Assembly: GCA_964247055.1 (NCBI GenBank)
Contig: OZ176055.1
Span: forward strand, 8,122,001 to 8,186,000
Direction of reading: 5' to 3'
Origin: Paragordius varius
Lineage: Eukaryota > Animalia > Nematomorpha
Length of the DNA stretch: 64,000 nt
The first letter of the stretch is position 1, and every line of letters starts with the position of its first letter. Below are positions 54,526 to 64,000 of the stretch, piece after piece. A model generated the notes under the pieces. The model ran no database searches and had not been told where the DNA came from. It saw only the letters and a program-made list of their open reading frames with translations. The translations under genes and the position numbers were made by a program.

Positions 54526-57105
54526 TTAAGAAATGGTAGATAAATAATCTTTAATTTCATTATTATTTAATCGTTTAAATCCTTTTTGATTACAAACACC
54601 GACTTCAATGTTAGTTTCATTAATTTGGCCCTCAAAATTTTCTTTTAGCGTTAAAATTGCCGTGTGTATAGCATCTTCAAGCTCAATATCTTCATTATAT
54701 CTATCAGAATTTGTAATTTGGTAATATTATTTTACTAATAACAGTTGTTAAAATCCGTAAGATAACGATAAAGGAAAATTTAATAGAATTAAATGAAAGT
54801 ATAAATAGAAATTATAAACGATATGTGAAACCCTTCGTCAATATTAATCGTAGACTAGTTTCGTGCTTGTTAGCACTCATCAGTACGACACAACTATTTG
54901 ACTTGACTTGGGGTTTTCACATATCGATTTCGTATATAAATCCAACTTGGCAATTTTGGTATAAATGCAGTTAGTTATACGAATCTAAATTAAATTTAAT
55001 GGAATTTATGAAAATTAAACTGAAAATTTGAAATATAATTTCTATATATACTTTCATTTAATTCTATTTATTTTTCCTTTATCGTTCGTTATCTTACGAA
55101 TTTTAACAATGTTATTACAAAACATAACCAATCCGTTATATACCATTACAAAATATTATTTTACGAATTAATAATTCAAACAATTGCCGAAGTATGATTA
55201 AATTTAAAAATAAAATTCAGTGAAATCATAGTAATAGGTACAAAAGTTTTATAATGTAACCGATTAAATTGCAAAAAATAAAATATATATAAAATAAAAT
55301 TAATGTAAAACAAGCGTAAACACCCCTTAAAATTACCCAAAATCATATTACAAAAATTATTAATAGAATTAAATTATATGTAAAAATACTCACCCAAATC
55401 ACATTAAAAAACTTGAATATTCAAAAAAAACGCAAATATTATTAAAATGTTGAATAAGGTTAAAAAATTGAAAAATATCAGTAACCTTTTTTCAAGAAAC
55501 GTTCTACCATTAATACAATTCTTTCCTAAAGCCGTGGCTTTCCATGCAAAATATGCTCCCTAAAGACACATAGAAAATTTTAATAATATAAAACTTATTG
55601 AATGCAATATATAAATGATTTAAATATCTATGTTATTTCTACTATAAAAATATTTAAATAAGATGACTTTTAACACTATTAGTTGTTCGCACAAAGAGCG
55701 TGCAATAATTCAATATTATTAAAATGATTTCATTTGTTTACAATTTTTGCAACTTTAATTATATTCATAAAGAAACTTTTTGCATTTTAAAATCAAATAT
55801 AATTCTCAATACTTTTTATCACAAATAAGAATTGAGATTTTATATGAATAAATCTCCGTAATTTTTTTAATAGGTTTGACTAAATAATTTAGTAAAGTTT
55901 AATTGTATTTTATTTGTCGTACCGAAGGATCACATTGATATAGAAATGGTTTATTTAAATCATCATCCCATCCAGCGATAAGTAAGGAGACTCCAAAAGG
56001 ACGTACACCTCTATCATAAAAAGTTAATGTTAAAAATCATATTTTTTAAATATATAATTACCAGATTTAAATGTTTAAAGTTTAATATAAAATTAAAAAA
56101 AGTCATAAATACAAATCATTAAAAGACAACATTTTTTGATCTTTTAATATCTTCAAAATAAATTATGTGATTCCATGTGTGAATATAGAAATGAGTGTGC
56201 TAGCAATTTAAATCTCTATTTCTTATTGCGCAAACCAAATCAATAGGTTATTGGTTGAGAAATTAATATTTAAAAAATATACTTTTTTAATCAAAATAAA
56301 TATAATTTTGTACTCAATCATACGATTTGTTTTATATATTCATCTTTTTACTGTAACTTTCGAATTCCCTACCCAGATTGAGTATAATTTTGGACAACGG
56401 CAGCAATTTTTTGAACCAATTGATTGGGTGACACATTTTCGCCATAAACAAGTTGATAATTTTGAGCTATTCTCCGACCCTCTTTAACCAATAACCTTTA
56501 AAAGGAATTATATAATTTTAATTCCGCAATTTAGTTTATTACTTTTTAAAATATTTTGTGATAAATAATTAAGTGAGTAAAAAACGCTTTAAAATATATA
56601 GAATTTTAACTTGATCATTCTATAATTAGACCAGAACATGTTTATATAAATATTTATTATTTCCAAATAAAAATTATGGAGAGTGAAAGCCCGCTTTCGC
56701 TGATTTTTCACGCAAAAGTTCATTTACATTTTTATGCCGATCAAAAAATATATAATCCGAAATTAATGTAATTTTTGTGAAGTAATTAAAAAATGATTTT
56801 TAACCTAAAATCAGGACCTAAGCCACTGTAAGTCATCCCACAATTTGCGGATAGAGCTTCAACTTTTCTTACGCTTGACTCATCGTACAAAGGGGATTTA
56901 AACTTTTTTTCAGAAGCAATAACAACTCCATTTTTGGCTTAAAATATTAAAACATAAATACGAACCTTTAATCCCGAGAGAAGGTGCTCCCGCAGCCACT
57001 GCCGCTAAAGCATACTCAATCTGAACCAGTTTTCCTGAAGGACTATTAGTTAAAATAAAAGTTCAACCTAAAAGTTGTCAAAGAAAATGAATATTTTTCA
57101 CTCAT
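54526..57105 (-). CDS. PSMA2: Proteasome subunit alpha type-2, 7 exons, 235 aa
   Basis: Exons (minus): 57105-57068, 57042-56966, 56937-56805, 56495-56373, 56010-55923, 55559-55486, 54700-54526, totalling 708 nt. Translation: [44 protein letters not shown]...[20 protein letters not shown]...[17 protein letters not shown]...[25 protein letters not shown]. Confidence 0.97.
54737..55116. mobile_element. Nested-hairpin element (~80-bp outer arms, 15-bp inner arms) carrying a hammerhead ribozyme; probably Penelope-like-element derived
   Basis: Outer arms 54737-54816 / 55034-55116 are near reverse complements. Inner arms are CGATATGTGAAACCC 54819-54833 / GGGTTTTCACATATCG 54911-54926. Confidence 0.75.
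54848..54888 (-). ncRNA. Minimal type I hammerhead ribozyme (PLE type, palindromic stem III)
   Basis: The minus strand reads TCGTA-CTGATGA-GTGCT-AACA-AGCAC-GAA-ACTAGT-C-TACGA. It has a 5-bp stem I, an exact CUGAUGA/GAAA core, a 5-bp stem II and a self-complementary ACUAGU. The GUC cleavage triplet places the cut after 54853. Confidence 0.88.
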
Positions 57106-57191
57106 GATGGTTTATGAGTCGAGCGTGACCGAATATATAAAAGTTTTGGCAGATGCCTTGATCAGCAAATCCACTGATTTACAAATAATAT
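57106..57191. promoter_or_regulatory. Probable shared bidirectional promoter between PSMA2 and the beta-trefoil gene
   Basis: Only 86 bp separate the two divergent ATGs (57105 minus, 57192 plus). No transcript data are available. Confidence 0.55.
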
Positions 57192-59573
57192 ATGGCAAAG
57201 GAAAGATTATCTTCCATTCAAATAAATACTCCCAGTGCACCTCCACCTTATGAGCACGCTATTAATCAGCTTAACGAAGTTGCTGGTCCTATCGAAACGA
57301 GAACCTGTGTGGTATGATTTTCTAGTTTTATATTATTGATTAGAGGAAAAATTCCAGTGAAAAAAATCGAAACTCTATCGGTGGCCTTATGTCTGATGTA
57401 ATTGGTGCTAGTGTACATAAAATTAAAGAGTCTGGTATGTTTATTTAATAATTATAGGAAAATATCTTTCCAGCAAAGAGCATAAATATTTGGAAACGGG
57501 TAATGTAGTTCAATTGATCTCCAAAAAATCTGGTCATTCCCTTCAAATTTTACAAACGCCCCAAGGTCACTTACTCCTGGATGGATCTGGAAAAGAAGGA
57601 CCGTCTGCGTTTAACAGTATTGCAGTTTTTTTTATAATTTTATAAATACTTTAATAAATTTTTAAGCCATATATTTTTGAATATGCCTTTTAAAGTATTA
57701 CGTGTTATCTATTTTTTAATAAATACTATGTGTAATGCCATTTATAAATTTAAACCTATCATTCCATTCCGATAATACATTTTGAAGGACGTCCTCGTAA
57801 TAAAAATAAATGATGAAACTTTTCTTTAGATATATTTTGGCTTTAACAGCATTATGATTTACAAATTGTTATTAATATTAATATTTTTTAGTGAATAGAA
57901 GAGAAATTAACACTACCTATCATAAAATAAAATTTTTTCTTTTTTCACCAAAACGAACTATCATATCTACGCTTTTTTTAAATAATTATCACCCAGAATT
58001 TTGTCACTTACACGCAGTTTTTAGCTCATAGGTATCAAAAAGTTAAAAAGTTATACAAAATTAACTTACGCTTTTGATCATTTGCTAAGATCAAATAACA
58101 GAATGATTTACTGTGGAGTACATATGTTTTCTAAATTATTTTATTATTAATTCCAGTTTTTGAAAAACAAAATTTTCATATCGGAGATATAACATTTAAT
58201 TTTGAGATGACATATAATTAATCTAATTATAAATTACTTTTATTTTATTTTTATGTGTTTGTGTTTTAGGCCTATTTACTGTTTATAAAGACCCATCTTC
58301 ACGCATAACCCTTCACAATCATTTCAATTATTTGGCCATCATGAATGGTGTCCTTACATTATTACAAGGGGTACTTTATTTTTTTTGTGATTTTAAATTT
58401 ATAAATTATGTGAAAAAATATTTTTTGTTTAATTATTATGTTCATTGATTTCAGTATATTGTATGCGAATATGATTTTTTAATTTTGGTTCCATGCTTGG
58501 CAAATTTTAATTACATAATTTTATAATAATATTTTATGATAATTAACCTAGGTTTAGTGTTTAAGGGAGCTTAATTTTTTTATGCCCATCCATTGTTTAA
58601 TATGCGCTATTTTCTAATTAAATAACTTTATTAGTATATAACCAGAATTTAGTGTTAACATAAGCGGTCTGATTGGTTTTTATTGTTGGGTTAAAATTCC
58701 GACATTATCGTTTTGTTTTTCTATAACCAATCTTTAGTTCAATAAATTTATGAATTAAAACCACTTTTAAAAAAAAATTATAAAAATAAATTTAAATTGA
58801 AAGCCGCAATTATTACATATGTTATAATAAAACTATCCATATTTGGATATTTATATTATATATATATATATATATATATACATTTTTTGCTATAAAATCA
58901 TATCAGCCTTTTAAAATTTAGTCCTTAATGTTTTAGTGTTTGTGATTCACGATTAGGGAACACATCTAAAACCTTCAAAATATTTCTTTTTTTTTCGCAG
59001 TTTAATCAATCATGATTGATATATATTTTATGTATATATATATATATATATTATATATATACCATTTACAGTTCAAATTTACCCTTGAACAATTCAGATT
59101 CACCCCCGAACAATTCAAATTCACCCTAAACTATGTGTTTTTGAACAAATATAACTCAATATTAATATAAAATATATCTTTATGGGGCGTAATTTATTAT
59201 TTTTCAGTTTTATTTTAATTTAAAACAAAATTTATATTTTATTACCTATATTAAAATATAGGTAATTTTTTATCTTAAAAAACATGTTTTTTATTTAAGG
59301 GTGAATTTGAACTGTTCCCAAGGGTGAATTTGAATTGTTTAAGGATGATTTTGAACTGTATATGGTATATATTAGGCCCAAACTGGACCAATTGAGCAAT
59401 GCTTTTTCAACGTGAGAGAAGTGATTGGAACAAATGGAAATTACATAACGCTAGAATCGGCCAAAGAACCTGGTCGTTATGTGGCTGTCACATCCTCAGG
59501 GAAAATTAAATCACCAATTACCACATCATACGCCGATCCTGAAACGCATTTTGCCCTGCGGTTACTGGTATAA
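57192..59573 (+). CDS. Leaderless beta-trefoil protein (IL-1/FGF/fascin-like fold) with N-terminal PSAPPPY motif, ~222 aa
   Basis: Exons 57192-57311, 57344-57434, 57458-57616, 58270-58370, 59376-59573 (669 nt, open). Three trefoil-like repeats: VVQLISKKSGHSLQI, RITLHNHFNYLAI, YITLESAKEPGRYVAVTSSG. The last resembles the FESxxxPGxY motif of IL-1/FGF/AbfB trefoils. An alternative last exon from 59674 is possible. Confidence 0.7.
59058..59369. mobile_element. MITE family A copy abutting the acceptor at 59375
   Basis: TATACCATTTACAGTTCAAATTTACCC ... GAACTGTATATGGTATATATTAG|exon. Confidence 0.8.
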
Positions 59574-61062
59574 TTAGATGGCGCTTTTATTGATAAGGGG
59601 GAAGAGGGCGAATTAAAAACCGCATTTGTTTAAAATACAATTTAGCTTTTAAACTTGATTTTTATCGTTTTAGGCTACAAAATATGGAATAAAGATGAAA
59701 ATTGACAACACACACTTAATATCATTTCAGTATTTTATACAAGTTATGTGGGAAAAATTTAAGGTTTAAAATCATAATTGTCTTTTTTGAGAAAAATATT
59801 TTAGTTTTTAATCGTATAATTTAAATTTTCACTGTAATTTATAAACAGTGGAAGAAATAATATAAAAGAATTATCAAGGCAAAATATGATTTTTAGACTG
59901 TTTAGCACACTGCCAATCTACAATTTTATAACATTCATTTGGATATTTACTTCGTATTTTAATGCGTAGATTTTGAAACTATCCCGTTTACATTACTTGA
60001 AGAAATATTATGATAAAAAAATTTGTATTTGTAACAATAATGATTCAATAATGTAAAACCTTCGATGATAAAAAATTTCATCTTTATTGTGATAGGCCCG
60101 TAAAATTGTTGTTTTGCGAAAAATTAATAGACATTTTTTATGTGAAAAATATTAAATAATAAGCCAGAAACGCTCTAACCTTTGGCTTAATATAGACCTA
60201 TTTTATATATAAGATTTCCTGCTTAGAATTTACACAATAATTAGGCTGGTGACTGTAATATATATTCATTTTAAAACTAGCAATCATTCTTTAACAATGC
60301 AAAATTAATATGCCCCTCTCGTATACTTTGTTTCCCTTCTATTATAATATTTTTTATTTAACCATATATTTTTGCCAATTATATTTTGTTTTTCACTTTT
60401 ATAAAACTAGAGTTTTAGTTTTTTATCTTGAGAGATAACTTCTTAGTTTCAATAATGTATGAGTAAGTATTATCCATTAATTTGTAGACTTTAGTTAATA
60501 TACGATATTGATATCTGATTAATTTATCTTAATTAAATTAATTTTGATAATTTTCTTGAAGTTAACTAACTAAAAGTTTTTTTCGTTTTTATTATTCACA
60601 TTCTAGTTTACTGTTGGATTATGTATGTATCGGTACCTTTTTAGGACTTTAGTTTTTTTGCTTGACCAATATCCAATTCTAATTAATATAATTCATTTAC
60701 TTTTCAACACGCAGTTCCCCAGAAATCTAAGTAAATTAATCTTTTAACAAATTTTCTGAATTAACTTCGCCCCAAGATCGGTAAACTAGCCGAAAATGTT
60801 AAAGAAATAGTAATTATTATAATCTTATGTTTAAAAACCAATAAAATATTTGTTAATTTCCATATATTTTACGAATGCGGCCCGGCCGTAGGATTTTTCG
60901 ATTAAAAAATGCGACTTGCAAAGCCACACCCTTGGCTTTAAATATGTAAAAAATCAGTAATTGTTTTCAAAAAAAGTTTTTATTTTAAATTTAAATCATT
61001 TTTTTTCATAAGATTTTTTTTATAAGAAATCGATCAATTTGTCAAATTATTTTCGCAATAGC

Positions 61063-61652
61063 TTAACACTTGGATGCAACACACTCATTTTAGTCCTTCG
61101 ATTCAAATTGGGGTAGTTGGATACCCCAGGCCTGTTTAAAATTAAATTCTTTAAAAAATATAGAAGGAATCGAAACCATGGCAAAATTTTGCACTTATCT
61201 AACATTAATCAACCGAAAAATATAAAAAATTTTATTCAAAAATACTTGATATTATTTATTTTAAGCTAAAACCGAAAGGTAAAAATTTCGTCAACGTGAC
61301 ATGTGTCAAATTGTAAAATTGAAAAATTATACAAACTAAACCGCTTTTTCTATTTCTATCAATGTTAGATGTAATTTATATAAAAAATTAGCTTTAGTTT
61401 TACCCTTAAAATTAAATAAAGACAATATTTTGCAAAAATTTTGTAAAATAAAAATGGCGTCGAAGTAGTTTGAGATGGAGCTTTTTGTTCAAAACAAAAT
61501 TTTATCAAGATGTTTCGGCATATTTATATAATATTTATCAGGATAGAAGCATAAATTTAAATTGGGATTGTTTCCTTCAGTAGTTTTTAAAAAATATTAA
61601 TTTAAATTTAGTCTGGGGTATTTAGATACCCCAATTTGAATCGAAGTGTTAA
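61063..61652 (+). mobile_element. piggyBac-like MITE (family B), copy 4, most intact
   Basis: TTAA-CACTTGGATGCAACAC..spacer..CTTCGATTCAAATTGGGGTA ... TACCCCAATTTGAATCGAAGTG-TTAA. Confidence 0.85.
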
Positions 61653-62090
61653 TAATACATATTTTTTATCTTTTTAGTTTCGCGCCACAGCAACCGAAAT
61701 AAAAACAAACAAAAAGAAATGAAATGCAAAAATATTTGGTTGAACCCAGTGATGGAAAAAAAATTATATATTTAATTTTAAAACGAAAATATAGTGTTTA
61801 GTCATTTTAAAATTTAATTATATCTATTTACATACATATATAACATACATATATGGATAATATAATGCAAACATCCCATATCATATAATTTTAAACGTTC
61901 TCATTAATATATATTATTATTATTATAAAAATAAATCTAATTTAAGTCTTTTATCTTATACTCCTTCCTAGTTTTAAAATCAAAAATAATTTATTTAAAA
62001 AATATACATATATATTTACTAAAGCAACGGTGTTTTTTAAAATTTTCATTGCACAATAATTGGATAATTTTATACGTATATGTTGATATA

Positions 62091-62741
62091 TTATCCATAT
62101 AGATCAAAATTCATGGGGGTAGGTTTATAAAATTTTCTTCGAAAGGAGGAACCGAAACGAAACCTTCGTTTTTGACCATCATTATTTTTTTCCATATTCG
62201 CTGCATCATTCCCATAAAATAAGGAATTTGCAAAGAGTTTTGAGGTTTGCGGCCCTTCTATATTACGTTTCCTACCCGCTGGGCCCCAACTCACAGAACT
62301 AAAAAGGTAGGGTGTAGCATCTATATTCAACTCTAAAACCGTATCTTTTCCCTTTCTTCCTAATTGGAAATTATCATTTAATACCAAATTTTTTCGTTTA
62401 TTTCCATCGATAATTATCATTTTATCTTGGAGTGGAAATGATCTAACAACGGGTCTAAATAAATTTGTTGGATATATGTAAGCTGGCCCATTTTCAGACA
62501 AATATTTTTTTATGGGTACATTGCTGCCTTCATTTTCTTCATTATTAAGGGTTTGACCCGGTAACCAACTTTTAGAATAAAAGACTCGTTTTAAACGCTC
62601 ACCTCCGAACTCACCGAAGAAGGGTTCAGAATCTTCAGGATTTTTATAAGAATTTTGGTTAGAGATTTGCCATGCGGGAACATTCGATGCCAAAAATGAG
62701 TGTGTTTGGAATAAAAGTATGAAGTATAATTGATGAATCAT
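62091..62741 (-). CDS. Secreted neuropeptide-precursor-like protein, single exon, 216 aa
   Basis: This is the longest ORF in the track. It has a hydrophobic N-terminus, many dibasic sites (KR, KK, KRK, GRK, GRKR, KRR, RRK), Gly-basic amidation signals and a terminal Gly. Confidence 0.7.
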   Translation of the reverse strand: MIHQLYFILLFQTHSFLASNVPAWQISNQNSYKNPEDSEPFFGEFGGERLKRVFYSKSWLPGQTLNNEENEGSNVPIKKYLSENGPAYIYPTNLFRPVVRSFPLQDKMIIIDGNKRKNLVLNDNFQLGRKGKDTVLELNIDATPYLFSSVSWGPAGRKRNIEGPQTSKLFANSLFYGNDAANMEKNNDGQKRRFRFGSSFRRKFYKPTPMNFDLYG

Positions 62742-64000
62742 AAATTGCTAATAGAGTAATATTTAAGGTGAAAGGAATAATCAGTTACAAAAAATGTACT
62801 TTAAAAACGAAAATTATATTAAAGTAATTAATGTATGTTCGGAATAAAACCCTTGACTAAATATAAGAGTATTTTATGTAAATCTAAATAAGTGTATAGC
62901 GAGGAAAAAGTATACTCTGAGTGACATATATGTGTAAATTATATAAAAATGGTGACATATTGAATATTAATGGGGGACGACCGAAGAAAATGATACGAAA
63001 TAAACACATTTTTTCCACTAATTTAATTATTTTTTATTGTCCAGTTTTAATTAACAACAACATTGTTTTACAAGTAATATATCTAAATATAAATGAGATT
63101 GATTGATTAAATTATTATTATTATTAAGTAATTAACCATACGTTTTGAGTTTCCTAATTATTCTACTTTTATATAAATTTACATGTTATTAAACATTGTT
63201 TTTGGCATTGGAATGCAAAAGATTATTTTTGTTGTGTGTGGGTTTCTTTTTGAAACTAAAATTAGATTTATGGATAAGCACACCGTTATTTATAACTTTA
63301 TGGTGAGAACAATAAAAACCAAAACAAATTTCTTGTGTTATTATTGATTAATTTTTGGCGGAATTAATTAATGCTGTTTTATTTGTAGGTAAAAAGTTGG
63401 TGTTAATGTTAACAAATTCTTTGATAAACTTTTTTGGTGTGTCGCAATCGAAAAGCGAAAAATTTACTAATTAATTGATAGCTTTGTTAAATGAACGAAA
63501 AAACGATCTCAAGGGATGAGATTTTAAAGTTAGTTAATGTAAACCAATTGTGGATTGAACATTTCAATTAGTTTTGTAACTTTATTTTATTTTTTAGAAG
63601 GCAACCCCGTCTTTGTAAAAGCACTCATTTTGGAATATAGTTATTATATTTTACTTATAATAGTAAATTAATTTTTAGAAACCTAATACCTACAATAGAT
63701 AATTTACATATATTTTAAATATATTTTCAAAATATCAAGATTAACTTCTATTTAATATATCATACCTAGACCGCTTTCAAGTTTTATGCACTGAGCCAAA
63801 TATCAGGGTTATTGCTTTTGGTTTTGGCTTTACGAGTGATTTAAAAAGTTATACACTTTTGTGATGAATGCTCCATATCAGAAAATAAAATATAAAATAA
63901 CTACATATAAAAAACAAAATAAAATTTTTTTAAAAAATTTAATTTTTAGATGTGATTAAATTTTTTCGCTCTTCTAAAATAGGCTGTTTCTTTTAATATA

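Noticed and set aside
63380-63830. Possible start of another + strand gene (MNEKTISRDEILK..., RQPRLCKSTHFG, DRFQVLCTEPNIR)
   Set aside because: I could not build a consistent open spliced frame or recognise any homology.
1-64000. tRNA, rRNA, snRNA genes or prokaryotic systems
   Set aside because: I recognised no cloverleaf, rRNA or snRNA motifs by eye. A tRNAscan-SE/Infernal run would be needed to exclude them formally.

Overview
This is very AT-rich animal (metazoan, probably invertebrate) nuclear DNA in the standard genetic code; the species cannot be identified from the sequence. I spliced seven protein-coding loci by hand. They are the 3' part of a KChIP/NCS-type EF-hand gene (+), a BMP type II receptor (BMPR2/wit, -), a ~52-exon PI4KA (+), a small COA3-like ORF (-), proteasome alpha-2 (-), a leaderless beta-trefoil (IL-1/FGF/fascin-like) protein (+) and a single-exon neuropeptide-precursor-like ORF (-). 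Introns and intergenic DNA hold a decayed mariner, RTE LINE fragments, at least three MITE families and palindromic elements. Five things stand out. (1) Ten GT-AG introns are only 23-32 nt long, mostly at gene 5' ends, while other introns of the same genes run from ~50 nt to several kb. (2) An intronic tandem array of the 3' end of a PI4KA coding exon differs almost only at synonymous sites and keeps splice donors, with in-frame ATGs in several copies. (3) Two minimal Penelope-type hammerhead ribozyme motifs sit at the apex of long hairpin elements, one sense to PSMA2 pre-mRNA. (4) The beta-trefoil protein carries an overlapping PSAP/PPxY motif. (5) The neuropeptide-like precursor matches no named family I recognise. 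All homology calls are recognition from memory of protein families, with no database search, and repeat boundaries are approximate.
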